In this document: positions 36,815 through 50,275 of the stretch, one piece after another
Numbering within the stretch: position 1 is the first letter of the stretch
Layout: each line of letters begins with the position of its first letter
Program-made: the position numbers and the translations under genes
NCBI RefSeq assembly: GCF_963921235.1
Contig: NC_086097.1
Coordinates: 234,858,001-234,922,000 of the forward strand
Source of the DNA: Mobula hypostoma
Lineage: Eukaryota
Reading direction: 5' to 3'
DNA: 64,000 nt
Notes under the pieces: generated by a model
Told to the model about the DNA's origin: nothing
The model's input: the letters and a program-made list of their open reading frames with translations, nothing else
Database searches by the model: none

Positions 36815-38585
36815 TTAATATGCTTTGTGTGTCAGTCTTCACTATGGAAGACAGTAGCAGAATGCCAGAAGTTTGAGTTTGTCAGGAGGGAGAAGTGAAT
36901 GCAATTGCTATTACTAAGGAGAAGGTGCTTGGAGAGCTGAAAGGTCTATAAGTAGATAAATTCACCTGGACCAGATGGACTACATCCCAAGTTGCTAAAA
37001 GAGGTAGCTCAGGAGATTATGAAGGCACTAGTAATGATTTTTCAAGCATCACTGTCTGGAATGGTTCTGGAGGACTGGAAAATTGCATATGTCACTCCAT
37101 TCTTCTAGAAGGAAGAGAGGCAGAAGAAAGGAAATGGTAGGTCAGTAGCCTGACTTCAGTGGTTGATAAGATGTTGGAGTCCATTGGTAAGGATGAGGGT
37201 TTGGGGTACTTAGAAGCACATGATAAAATAGGCCAAATTCAGCATGGTTTCCTTAAAGAAAAATCTTGTTGAAAAGTCTGTTGGAATTCTTTGAAAAACA
37301 AGTAACATAGGCAAAGGTGCATCAGTAGATAATGTTTATTTGGAATTTCAGACGGCTTTTGACAAGGTGCCACATGTGAGGCTGCTTATCAAGGCTGCCT
37401 ATGCTATTACAGGAAAGATCCAAGTATGAAAGGAAGATTGGCTGACCATTAGGAGGCCAAAAGTGGGAATAAAGTGGGCCTGTTCTGGTTGGCTGCCCGT
37501 GACTAGTGCTGTTCCGCGGGAGCTGGTGTTGGAAGCATTTATTTCCACATTATATGTTAATGATTTGGATGACAGAATTGATGGCTTTGAGGCCAAGTTT
37601 GCAGATTATGCAAAGATAGGAGGGAGGCAGATAGCATGAGAAAGTAGTGAGTCTGCAGAAGGACCAAAACAGATTTGGAGAATGGGCAAAGATGTGGCAG
37701 ATTGAATGTAGAGTAGGAAAGTGTATGGTCCTGTACAATGGTAGAAGGATTAAAGGCATAGACTGTTGTCTAATGGAAGGAAATTTAAAAATCAGAGGTG
37801 CAGAGGAAGTTGGGAGTCTTTGTGCAGGATTCCCTAAAGGCTAATTTTCAGGTTGAGTCAGTGATAAGGAAGGCATATTCAATGTTATTTCAACAGGTCG
37901 AGCAAGCATGTAAAGCTAAGGCTTTATAAAGCATTGGTCAGAATGCACTTGAGATATTGTGAGTAGTTTTGGGCCCCTTATCTAAGAAACATATGCTAGC
38001 ATTGGAGAGGGTCTAGAGAAAGTTCATGCAAATGATTCTAGGATTATAAGGAGGAGTGTTTGATGGCTCTGGACCTGTACCAGCTGGCGTTTAGAAGAAT
38101 GAGGGGGAATCTCATTAAAACATATTGAACATTGACAGGGTTGGATAAAGAGGATGTGGGAAGTGTGTTTCCTGTTGTGGATGGATCTAGCACTGGAGGT
38201 TACAGCCTCAGAATTGAACAGCGGTTCCCAACCTTTTTTATGCATGGATCAATACCATTAAGCAAGGGGTCCATGGACCCCATGTCAGAAACCCCTGGAG
38301 TAGAGAGATATCCATTTAGAATGGAGATGATGAGGAATTTCTTTAGCCAGAAGGTGGTGAATCTGTGGAATTCTTTGCCACAGGCAGCTGTGGAGGCTAA
38401 TTCATTGTGTATATTGAAATCAGAGTCTGATAGCTTCTTGATTAGTCAGGCCATCAAATGTTACTGGGAGAAGGCAGAAGAATGGGGTTGAGAGGGATAA
38501 TAAATTAGTCATGATGGAATGGTGGAGAAGACTCAATGGGCTGAAAGGCCTAATTCTGCTCCTATGTCATATGCTCTTATGGTTT
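36815..38585 (+). mobile_element. Decayed CR1 RT to 3' end
   Basis: SVFTMED, SLQKDQNRFGEWAKMWQ, RNFFSQKVVNLWNSLP; many stops. Confidence 0.85.
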
Positions 38586-38820
38586 TTAATCACTACTTCA
38601 AAAAACTCAATCAAAATCATGAGAAGTGATTTCCCAAACCAGACTATCCTTAAATCAGTCCTGGCCTTTCCAAATGCAAATATATTCAGTCTCTAGAGTC
38701 CCTTAAGAATAACTCACTGATGAAATGCTCATGGGCCTTCAGCCCCCTGCCTTACCCCACTGTACATCTTAAGTAAAGACTCAACAATATCTGTCCGCTA
38801 GTCAAAAGCAAGCTCAGTAT

Positions 38821-39414
38821 ATAGAAACATAGAAAATAGGTGCAGGAGTAGGCCATTCGGCCCTTCGAGCCTGCACCGCCATTTATTATGATCATGGCTG
38901 ATCATCCAACTCAGAACCCCGCCCCAGCCTTCCCTCCATACCCCCTGATCCCCGTAGCCACAAGGGCCATATCTAACTCCCTCTTAAACATAGCCAATGA
39001 ACTGGCCTCAACTGTTTCCTGTGGCAGAGAATTCCACAGATTCACCACTCTCTGTGTGAAGAAGTTTTTCCTAATCTCGGTCCTAAAAGGCTTCCCCTCT
39101 ATCCTCAAACTGTGACCCCTCGTTCTGGACTTCCCCAACATCGGGAAAAATCTTCCTGCATCTAGCCTGTCCAATCCCTTTAGGATCTTATACGTTTCAA
39201 TCAGATCCCCCCTCAATCTTCTAAATTCCAACGAGTACAAGCTCAGTTCATCCAATCTTTCTTCATATGAAAGTCCTGCCATCCCAGGAATCAATCTGGT
39301 GAACCTTCTTTGTACTCCCTCTATGGCAAAGATGTCTTTCCTCAGATTAGGGGACCAAAACTGCACACAATACTCCAGGTGTGGTCTCACCAAGGCCTTG
39401 TACAACTGCAGTAG
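38821..39414 (-). mobile_element. Young CR1 3' end, same subfamily as 50714-52725
   Basis: ORF 38911-39468; nearly identical to ~50720-51310. Confidence 0.92.
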
Positions 39415-40109
39415 ATCATAGAAATTGAAATAGGATGGAAGGAGGGATATGGAGCATAAATCCTGCATGTGCTGGTTGGTCTTTTGAATATCCCTTGTAG
39501 TTCTGTGTTATGCAAGTGTACAGTAAGTCTAATTTCCCCTAGATCCATCATACACATGTCCAATGTTCCTTTGGGAAGAGTTCATGGAGCAGGTAAGATT
39601 AGGATCAAGTTCAAGTTCCAGTTCTACTTTATTGTCGTTGGCATACATAATCAGGATCTAAATGCCAGGTAAATTAGCTTATTTTGTTGCAGCAGCACAG
39701 TACATTACAAGCATAAGTTACAGCAACCGAACATAAAATATACCTACAGTAGCTTACATGACAAAACTAATAAAAACATAGCGAATAAAACAGCTAAATA
39801 CAGCCTACTGCCAAGATTTGCCTGAAGCCTAATAAGAAAGGAACCATTAACACAGAAGTAGAGCGAGTTCTCGGCACAGTTTAATTATCAGCACTGGAGA
39901 AATGCGGCTTTGTTGATTGTAACTCAGAAAGTTTGAAGAATGTGTGAGCTTCATAGGAATCTATAATGCAATCAATGTGCAATATTTTACACAGTGGTTG
40001 TTCGTTAATTTTTGTTTATGTATAGCTTTACATAAAATTCTATTGCATTTCTTTTTCCTCCAAGAAAATGTATCTCAAGGCAGATTATGGTAACATATAT
40101 GAACTTTGA

Positions 40110-40692
40110 TGTAATGTTGTGACTTTATTAGGAGATGGCTAGATCACACTTGGAATATTGTGAGCAGTTTTGGGCCCCTTACCTGAGAAAAAGATGTGCC
40201 AGCATTGGAGAAGCTCCAGAGGAGGTGTGTGAGTATAATCCTGGGAATGAAATGGATTATGTTGATGGCTCTAAGCCTGTACTCGCTGGAGTTCAGAAAA
40301 ATGAGGGGGAGGGGTCTCATTGAAACCTATTGAATATTGAAAGATTCAGATAGAGTGGATGTAGAGAGGATGTTTCCTTCAGTGGGAAGTCTAGGACCAC
40401 AGGGGATGGCCTCAGAGTACGAGGAGATCCCTTTAGAACAGGGATGAGGAGGAATTTCTTTAACCAGTGGGTGCTGGATCTGTGGAATTCATTGCCACAG
40501 ACAGCCTAAATCATTGTATACATTTACAGCAGAGGATGATAATTTCTTGGTTAATAAGGACAGGGTGGTTACATGGACAAGGCAGTAGAATGGGGTTGAG
40601 GTGGAAAATAAATCAGCTGTGATTAAATGGCAGAACAAACTCGAAGGTTCGGATGGCCTAGTTATGCCCCCATGTAATGGTCTTATGGTCTT
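40110..40692 (+). mobile_element. Decayed CR1 3' end
   Basis: HLEYCEQFWAPYL motif and CR1 3' UTR. Confidence 0.8.
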
Positions 40693-42939
40693 TGATAATA
40701 ACTTTGCTTAGAACTTTGAAGGCCATCAACAATTCAAAACAGGGTTAGAACCAGTTACAGGAGGGATAATAGAGGAACTTATGCTCCTCCAATCCCTACG
40801 GCAGTACACTGGTTATTTGCACAGTTAAGGCTACAACTGCTGTAACTTTTACCTTACTTGCAAAAACCACTTTCACAGAGATTAAGTAGTACTGCAATCA
40901 CTGAAATCGAATATTATGCTCTTCAAGGGGGTTTTCTATTGATGGATCCTCAAGTAGAGGCCAATCTGGGATCCACATACTTTAACTGGGATGTTAGGCT
41001 GGGTTCCCTTAATGGAGAACATTTGTGCAGGACTTTGTTTAATGTAGGGTGGCTGATGGATGGGCAGCCATCACACAGGTCAAGATCAGGGTCCAGTGGC
41101 ATGGAATGCAAGATGATAGAGGAACATTCACCACTGCAATCCTCTTCCACCTTCACTGCCAATGTGATGTGTCATCGTCTTCCATCAGCTCTGCCAGTGA
41201 AGTCTTGGTTGGGTCACTCTTTGTCTGGAACTTTCCCCTTGATCTTACTGCATTGGGTGACCCTACCAGGAGCTAGGTACAAGATGACTAACTCCAGATG
41301 GCATCACTCTCAGAATCCCAATAACTCATAAGCCTGTCCACCATGATAAGGGTCCTTGGAGAAATTCACAGAGAATACACTTTATACAGATATTGGAACC
41401 CAGCGTGTATTTATAGTCCAACGCCTGTTCTCAGTGGCTGTCAGGCTTCTGAGAATGAGGCTCAATGATGCTTGCATTACAATGCATGTGACATTTACCA
41501 ATATTTATCTCTGTAGGTGCTAAAACGGTTTTCAATAAAAATCAAAACACATGCAAAGGTGAAATTGAACTTAATGACAGCGAAGCCGAGCCACTAGCAA
41601 ACAATGTGAGATTGCAATAATTACATGTAATTGTTTAAGAGTCAAAGAAATGTGCCTGTAATGAACCCTAATTAATGTGATTTAAGAACGTGACTCATGT
41701 TAAATGAAAGCAAATAAGGTCACTGTGTCTGTTCCACAGTTGTAGCTGTGATTTCTCTCACCTGTTGCTCTTGTTTGTCACTACTCAGTACTGATTTCCT
41801 TACACTTGACCATTAACCTTAACAACCTTTATACATCAGTCGAAATCTAGATACTATTTTGTCTTTTGAGTGAGCTGCCTTTATCAAGTAAGAGTTTCAA
41901 GCACTGATTTTCACCTTGTTTCACCTCGTACGTTGTTCTGGATTCAATAGTTGACTTACGATGTCAAATAACAGATTGGTTTTATCTTCAGGTCATCCTA
42001 GTTTCCTCCTGCAGACAGTTTAGTGAATCTTTATTTCACTCAGGCCATCAATATACAACATGAAAACACAAGCTGTAATCACATCTGCTCATAAATAACT
42101 CTAAATGTAAAGCTATATTGTGGAGTGGTTTGTGACCTGCACGCAAGAAGAACATGGATCAATTTTATTGCTCTGAACTGTTCAAATTTGCCTACTCCAA
42201 CATGTTCGGAGTAGTCTATATGCTATAAATATTCTGCCTTTTGATTTTGAAACTGTAAGATTTTCTGGTTTTATCTATTTCCTTATCCAATAGATTAGTT
42301 TATGTCAATAGCAATATGGTTAATACCACCTTTGAAGAAAAATGTAAAAAAATTAATAACTAATCTAAAATCAGTCACTTTTTGTTAAACATAGTCCCAG
42401 GAAGAACTTAAAACCCTTTTCCAACATCAGCAGGAATTGAACCCAATCTGACAGCTGGCTCTGTAAATCGTAACGCTAGCTTCTACACAACTGGGCCTCT
42501 GAATATTTTACTTTCTTTGGGTGGCTTATACTGTCTTATTTCAGGATTGCACTTTTCCACAACTGTTTGAACCATGACATGTCATGGGATTCCAAACCCA
42601 TTTGGAACATTGTTTTGTTGTGTGGAGATTGTAAATTTTGTTGAATGATGCCACAGCAACAACTTCTCACTCAATGTCAGCAAAACCAACCAGAAGATGA
42701 TTGACCACAGGGGGAAGAAATCAGGGGTTCATTAGGGGATCAGAGGTGGAGACATTCAGTAACTTTAAATTCCTCAGCATTATCAGATCAGAGGATTTGT
42801 CCTGGGACAAACATGTATGGGCCGTTACAAAGAAGACACGGAAGTGCCTCTGCTCTTTTCAAAGTTTGTATAGATTTGGGATGTTGGCATACACAGATTT
42901 GGCAAACATTTTTTAGATGCACAGTGGTGAGTATCCTCA

Positions 42940-43103
42940 GGAAGAGGTACAGTCGACGTTTCAGGCCGAGACCTCCTGACGAAGGGTCTCGGCCTGAAAC
43001 GTCGACTGTACCTCTTCCTAGAGATGCTGCCTGGCCTGCTGCGTTCACCAGCAACTTTGATGTGTGTTGCTTGAATTTCCAGCATCTGCAGAATTCCTGT
43101 TGT
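42940..43103 (+). mobile_element. 164-bp Penelope-derived hammerhead insertion with inverted 5' end and 16-bp TSD
   Basis: TSD gtgg(t/c)gagtatcctca at 42924-42939 and 43104-43119; perfect 35-bp inverted repeat 42939-42973 / 42985-43019. Confidence 0.92.
42974..43007 (+). ncRNA. Hammerhead ribozyme core with truncated stem I
   Basis: TC-CTGACGA-AGG..CCT-GAAAC-GTC^GA; only 2 bp of stem I remain. Confidence 0.65.
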
Positions 43104-43404
43104 GTGGCGAGTATCCTCACAGGTTGAATCACGGACTGGTATGGAATCAATAATGCCCAAAAATGGAAAAGACAACAAATAATTTGGTGGATATCACCTA
43201 GTCCATCATAGGGAAAGCCCTTCCAATCTTTGAGCACATCTACAAGGATTGTTTCCAGAAATAAAACTGCCTCCTTAATCAAGGGCCCTCACTATCCTGG
43301 CCATTCTCTCTTCTCCTTGCTGCCATCAGGAAGGAGATACAGGAGCCTTAGGTCTCACACCACCAGATCAAGATACAGTAATTATCCATCAACCATAAGC
43401 TCCT

Positions 43405-45951
43405 GCTGTCCTTGTAGTCGGTGTGTACATTCCCCCCAGCACTAATGCTAAGGAGGCGCTCTGTGAATGGACTGCGTACGGGGCTATTAGCAAACTGCAG
43501 AATGCTCACCTTGATGGACTGTTTATTGTCGCCGGGGATTTTAACCAAGCAAACCTCAAGTCAGTGTTCCCCAAATTCCATCAGTATGTGGACCTTGCAA
43601 TGAGAGGGGCGAACGTGTTGGACCTTGTTTACACAAACATCCCCGACACATACCAGGCGGAGTCCCAGCATACAGACCGCTCGTCATGTGCTCCAGACCA
43701 GTTTGAAGCAGGTGAAAACCTGGCCAGCAGGAGCCATCTCTGCTCTTCAAGACTTCTTTGAGCACACTGACTGGCACAAGTTCAGGGAGGCTGCAACCGA
43801 TGGCGACTCTACCAACTTAGAGGAGTACACAGCATCAGTGACTAGCTACATCAGCAAGTGCATTGATGATGTCACTGTGGCCAAGACCATCACCACACAC
43901 GCTAACCAGAAGCCATGGATGACCGCGGAGGTGCGTGCACTGCTGAAGTCCCGTGACTCTCCCTTCAGAGCAGGCGACAAGGGAGCCCTAACAACAGCGA
44001 GGGCCAAACTGTCCCGGGCCATCAGAGAGGCAAAGCGTGCACATGCCCGTGAATCCACAGCCACTTCCAGGACAGCGGCGACACACGGCACATGTGGAAG
44101 GGCATTCAGGACATCACCAACTACAGGACAACATCACCTGCCTGTGCTGGCGATGCCTCCCTCCCAGATGCGTTGAACAACTTCGACGCTTGTTGCGAGG
44201 TGGAAAATGACGTGGTGGCGAGGAAGACGATTCCTCCTCCCAATGACCAGGTGCTGTGTCTTACCATGGCCGATGTGAGGAAAACTCTATGCAGGGTCAA
44301 CCCACGGAAGGCTGCTGGACCGGACAATATTCCTGGCAGAGTGCTCAGAGGATGTGCAGATGAACTGGCAGATGTTCTCACTAGCATCTTCAAAATCTCT
44401 CTGAGCAGCGCCGTTGTTCCTGCGTGCTTCAAGGCCATCACCATCGTCCCTGTGCTGAAGAAGTCTTCAGTGTCCTGTCTCAATGACTACTGTCCCATTG
44501 CTCTCACATCCATCATCATGAAGTGTTTCGAGAGGCTCGTCAAGAGGCACATCAAGACCCTGCTGCCCCCCGCACTGGAGCACCTGCAGTTCGCATACCG
44601 TCCCAACCGTTCAACAGATGGCGCCATTGCCATCACCCTCCACCTGGCCCTTGCCCACCTGATCAAAAAAGACACGTATGTTCGAATGCTGTTCATAGAT
44701 TTCAGTTCAGCATTCAACACAATCATTCCTCAGCACCTGATTGGAAAGCCCCTACTGGGTCTGAACACCTCCCTCTGCAGCTGGATCCTAGACTTCCTGA
44801 CTGGGAGACCTCAGTCAGTCCGGATCGGAAGCAGCATCTCCAACACCATCACACTGAGCATGGGGGCCCCCCAGGGCTGTGTGCTCAGTCCACTGCTGTT
44901 CACCCTGCTGACCCACAACTGTGCAGCAATACACAGCTCGAATCACATCATCAAGGTTGCCGATGACACGACCGTGGTGGATCTCATCAGCAAGAACGAT
45001 GAGTCAGCATACAGAGAGGAGGTGCAGCTGCTAACGGACTGGTGCAGAGCCAACAACCTGTCTCTGAATGTGAACAAAACAAAAGAGATCATTGTTGGCT
45101 TCAGGACAGCACGGAGCGACCACTCTCCACTGAACATTGATGGCTCCTCCATTGAGATCATTAAGAGCACCACATTTCTTGGTGTTCACCTGGCAGAGAA
45201 TCTCACCTGGTCCCTCAACACCAGCTCCATAGCCAAGAAAGCCCAGCAGTGTCTCTACTTTCTGCGAAGGCTGAGCAAAGTCCATCTCCCACCCCCCCAT
45301 CCTCACCACATTCTACAGAGGATGTATCGAGAGCATCCTGAGCAACTGCATCACGGCCTGGTTCAGAAATTGCACCGTCTCGGATCGCAAGACCCTGCAG
45401 CAGATAGTGAGGTCAGCTGAGAAGATCATCGGGGTCTCTCTTCCCGCCATTACAGACATTTACACCACAAGCTGCACCCGCAAAGCTAACAGTATTGTGA
45501 AGTACCCCACACACCCCTCACATAAACTCTTCTCCCTCCTGCCATCTGGCAAAAGGTACTAAAGCATTCGGGCTCTCATGACCAGACTGTGCAACAGTTT
45601 CTTCCCCCAAGCCATCAGACTCCTTAATACCCAGAGACTAGACTAACATCTACATCATTTATTATTATATTGTAATTTGTCCTCTACTGTGCCTACTGTC
45701 TTGTTTATTAATTATTGGACTGCCCTGCACTGTTTTGTGCACTTTATGTAGTCCTGTGCAGCTCTGTAGTCTAGTGCAATTTTTATGTTGTTTTACATAG
45801 TCTAGTGTAGCCTTGTGCTGTCTCACATAGTCTAGTGTAGTTTTGTGTTGTTTCATGCAGCACCATGGTCCTGGAGGAACGTTGTTTTGTTTTTACTGTG
45901 TCCTGTACCAGCAGCTTATGGTTGAAGTGACAATAAACTTGACTTGACTTG
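43405..45951 (+). mobile_element. Relatively young 5'-truncated Rex1/Babar-type LINE (EN end, RT, 3' UTR), frameshifted
   Basis: [60 protein letters not shown]; tail aataaacttgacttgacttg. Confidence 0.92.
45765..45860 (+). repeat. ~30-bp tandem repeat (3 copies) in the LINE 3' UTR
   Basis: tagtctagtg(c/t)a unit recurring at ~45767, ~45798 and ~45828. Confidence 0.8.
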
Positions 45952-46189
45952 TCTTAAACAGCGTGAATAACCTTACCCCATCTCAACAGCAAACTGATCA
46001 CTAAATGCAACCTATGGACTCACTTTCAAGGACTCATGTTCTCAGTATTATTTATTTATATGTTATCATTAAAATATTATTTTATTATCACTTGTTTTTG
46101 TTTGTATTTGCATAATTTGTCATTTGCACACTGGTTGCTTGTCAGTTTTCTTTTGTGCGTAGTTTTTCATGGATTTTATTATATTTTAT

Positions 46190-48350
46190 AGTATTCAATA
46201 GCATTGGCGAGGGATAGGAGCAGACAAGTTAGGAAAATGTTTAATTGGAGTAAGGGGAAATATGAAGCTATCAGACAGGAACTTGGAAGCATAAATTGGG
46301 AGCAGATGTTCTCAGGGAAATGTATGGCAGAAATGTGGCAAATGTTCAGGGGATGTTCTCTATGTGCTCTGCATAGGTACGTTCCAATGAGACAGGGAAA
46401 GGATGGTAGGGTACAGGAACCATGGTGTACAAAGGCTGTAGAAAATCTAGTCAAGAAGAAAAGCTTATTAAAGGTTCAAAAAACTAGGTAATGATAGAGA
46501 TCTAGAAAATGATAAGGCTAGAAGGAAGGAACTTAAGAATGAAATTAGGAGAGACAGAAGGGGACATGAGAAGGCTTTGGCAAACAGGATTAAGGAAAAC
46601 CTCAAGGCATTCTACAAGTATGTGAAGAGCAAGGTGATAAGATGTGAGAGAATAGAAACAATCAAGTGTGACAGTGGAAAAGTGTGTATGGAACCGCAGG
46701 AGGTAGCGGAGGAACTTAATGAATATTTTGCTTCAGTATTCACTATGGAAAAGGACCTTGGCGATTGTAAGGTTGACTTAAGCGGATTGAAAAGCTTGAG
46801 CATATAGACATTAAGAAAGAGGATGTGCTGGAGCTTTTGGAAAGCATCGAGTTGGATAAGTGACCGGGACCGGACAAGATATGCCCCAGGCTACTGTGGG
46901 AGGTGAGGGAGGAGATTGCTGAGCCTCCAGCAGTAATCTTTGTATGATCAATGGGGACAAGGGAGGTTCTGGAGGATCGGAAGGCTGCAGATGTTGTTCC
47001 CGTATTCCAGAAAGAGAGTAGTGATAGCCCAGGAAATTATAGACCAATGAGTTTTACTTCAGTGGTTGGTAAGTTGAACATTTGGAAGGCATAATATGAT
47101 TAGGAATAGTCAGATTGGCTTTGTCAAAGGCAGGTCATGCTTTACGAGCCTGATGAATTCTTTGAGGATGTGACTAAACTCATTGATGAAGGAAGAGCAG
47201 TAGATGTAGTGTACATGGATTTCAGCAAGGCATTTGATAAGGTACCCCATGCAAGGCTTATTGAGAAAGTAAGGAGGCATGGGATCCAAGAAGACCTTGC
47301 GTTGTGGATACAGAATTGGTTTGTTCACAGAAGGCAAAGTGTGGTTGTAGGCAGGTCATATTCTGCATGGAGATCAGTGACCAGTGGTGTGACTCAGAGG
47401 TCTGTTCTGGGACATCTTCTCTTCATGATTTTTATAAATGACTTGGATGAGGAAGTGGAGGGATGGGTTAGTAAATATGCTGATGACACAAAGTTGGGGG
47501 TGTTGTAGATAGTGTGGAGGGCTGTCAGAGGTTACAGCGGGACATCGATAGGATGCAATACTGGGCTGAGAAGTGGCAGATCGAGTTCAACCCAGATAAG
47601 TGTGAAGTGGTTCATTTTGGTAGGTCAAATATGATGGCAGAATATAGTATTAATGGTAAGACTCTTGGCAGTGTGGAGGATCAGAGGGATCTTGGGGTCT
47701 GAGTACATAGGACACACAAAGCTGCTACGCAGGTTGACTGTGATGTTAAGAAGTCATACGGTGTATTGTCCTTCATCCGCTGGATTCAAGAGCCAAGAGG
47801 TAATGTTAAAGCTATATAAGATCCTGGTCAGACTGCACTTGGAGGACTGTGCTCAGTTCTGGTCACCTCACTGCAGGAAGGATGTGGGAAATATAGAAAA
47901 GATGCAGAGGAGATTTACAAGGATGTTGCCTGAATTGGGGAGGATGCCTTATGAGAATGAGCAACGGAAGATGAGAGATGACCTGATAGAGGTGTATAAG
48001 ATGATGAGAGGCATTGATTGTGTGGATAGTCATAGGCTTTTTCCAAGGCTGAAATGGCTAACGTGAGAGGGCACAGTCTTAAGGTGTTTGGAAGTAGGTA
48101 CAGAGGAGATGTCAGGAGTAAGTTTTTCTTTTGTACACAGAGAGTGATGAATGTGTGGAACGGGTTGCCATCGATGGTGGTAGAGTGGATACAATAGGGA
48201 CTATTAAGAGACTCATGGATACGTACATGGAGCTTAGAAAAATTGAGTGCTATGGGTAACCCTAGGTAATTTCTAAAGTAAGTACATGTTCAGCACAGCA
48301 ATGTGGGCCAAAGGGCCTGTATTGTGCTGTAGGTTTTCTATGTTTCTATA
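46190..48350 (+). mobile_element. Decayed CR1 ORF2 and 3' end
   Basis: [29 protein letters not shown], (tttctatg) tail. Confidence 0.9.
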
Positions 48351-48420
48351 TTTCTTTGTTCTACCATGAATGCCTGCAAGAAACAAGAATCAACTCAAGG
48401 TAGTACATGGTATATGTAAC

Positions 48421-49193
48421 CTACAAAAGTCTTCGGCAAAATAGATTTTTTATATGGTTTAAGATGGTATGGTCTCCACACAGCCCTGATCTCAATATCA
48501 TCAATGCTGTTTGGAAGCAAGTGAGACAGCCAACGTCTGCAGCAGAACTGTGGCAAGTTCTCCAAGATGCTTGGAACTCACCAGCCAATTTTCTTATTAA
48601 ACTGCACAACCTAAGACAAGCCAGTTGTCTAAGTGTGTTTCTAAGACAGCCTAATGTAGAAACATCCCACATCCGACAGCCAATACAGAACACCGGCCTT
48701 GCAGACATACTTCCTATTCCTATTTTTCACAAGTAACTTAGCTCACCTCGACGTGTTATTGTCGAAGCCCCATTGAGCCAAAGCCCTCCTACTCTGACTC
48801 CCTCTACACTGGTGCCCGCTCCATAAAGCTGTCTACTTGTTAAATTCTTTCTGCCGGTCTAACTCACTGATGTCCATTCGCCTGCGCAGTCGTGCCTCGA
48901 TCAAACCGCTGAAGAAAAGATTATCTCCTTCTAAATTCTTTCTGCCGATTTAAATCACTGACATCCACACGCCTGCACAGTCGTGCCTTGATCAGAATGT
49001 ACCAAAGAGAATTGATGCAGTTTTAAAGGCAAAATCTGGTCATCTAATTATTGATCTGATTTAGTTGTTTTACTGCTTATTGCACTTTATAGTATTTTTT
49101 AAATATTTAAAACTTATCATTTCATCATTTTTGGAAGTATTTTCGCTTTACAGAATTTTTTTTACATGTGCTGAAGACTTGCACAGTACTGTA
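48421..49193 (+). mobile_element. Internally deleted Tc1 transposon, interrupted at ~48610-48997
   Basis: WSPHSPDLNIINAVW...ELWQVLQDAW (Tc1 catalytic-E region, E mutated); VPKRIDAVLKAKSGH at ~48999-49043; TIR remnants caaaagtcttcggca and gaagacttgcacagtactgta. Confidence 0.85.
48842..48997. repeat. Diverged tandem duplication (~62-bp core, 91-bp period)
   Basis: aaattctttctgccg...cgcctgc(g/a)cagtcgtgcc at 48842 and 48933. Confidence 0.8.
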
Positions 49194-50039
49194 CTTCGAC
49201 AATAAATTTATTTTTAACTTCGAGTCAGAACAGGAAGTGCAACAGAAAGTAAAAGAGAAAATAAATGAAGCCTCTCTGCTACAGTAGCCTTATGATTCAA
49301 GGTCTACACATCTTCCATTTCAAGCTCTGGTGAACTGACATTTGTGTCTTCTTCAGTCTGGATGTTCCATGCATGCGAACAACATCTTACCTCTTCTCTC
49401 TCATCCCCTTTTGCACAGTGCTGTATGTGTACTTTGATAATAACTTATTTTGAAGTTTGAATATGTTAGTTTCCTGTGCTGACACCAGTTTTGCAAATGG
49501 AGTAAACACAATAATTTGCTACATAGTTTTACTTTCTCTGACAATAACATTTTGCAACTTTCGATACTGTGCTTTGTATAACATTAGAATATGCCATTTT
49601 AAAGAAAAAATCTCTCGATGCTTAAATATATTAAAAGTTTTTCTCTGTTGGTTCTGTAGTCTACTAATATCTGCATATTGAAATCCACTTCCAAAATTCT
49701 TTTTCACTTACTTCAATGCAACCAAGTTTCAGAGGCAAGTGAGATATGCACTCGGGTGGTCATGAAAATGAAACATCACCAATTTCAAACCCACTTTGCT
49801 CAATAATTATAACAAATAGTTTGTGTCAAATTGAATTTTGATGACCAGCATAAAGAATGATTCAAAAAAGGACAATGGCATGTTTTGTGTGCTTTCCTCA
49901 AGCCTGATATTTGTACCAATTTCTGTTCATTTTAACTAGGATTTTCATCCTGATTTGCCTTAATGAACTTTGTACAAAATTGAAATGGCTCACTGTAAAA
50001 TTCAAAGTGATCATTTAGAGCTGAGTGCATTCATTAAGA

Positions 50040-50275
50040 TTAGGAACATGAAGGGGAATTTCTTCACGCAGAGGGTGATGAGAGTGTGGAATAAGCCGCC
50101 AACGCAAGTGGTAGATTCAGGGTCAATTTCAACATTTAAGAGAAATTTCAATAGGTACATGGATGGAGGGCTATGATCTAGGTTCCGGTCAATTGGACTA
50201 GGCAGATTAATGGTTGGCATGGATAAGATGTGCCGTAGGGCCTTGTTCTGTGCTGTAGTCTTCTAAATCTCTATG
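50040..50275 (+). mobile_element. Short CR1 3' end
   Basis: GNFFTQRVMRVWN...FKRNFNRYMD. Confidence 0.8.

Larger units (their letters stand above)
42660..43400 (+). mobile_element. Old Rex1/Babar-type 3' fragment hosting two younger insertions
   Basis: FKFL...EDLSW, RCTVVSIL|ASILTG, HSLFSLLPSGRRYRS; its 3' UTR appears to resume at ~45955. Confidence 0.75.

Noticed and set aside
45765..45860. CRISPR-like regularly spaced repeats
   Set aside because: Tandem minisatellite in a LINE 3' UTR with no unique spacers, in eukaryotic DNA with no cas genes
49385..49425. 30-nt minus-strand micro-exon candidate (HCAKGDEREE) with GTAAGA donor
   Set aside because: Acceptor lacks a pyrimidine tract
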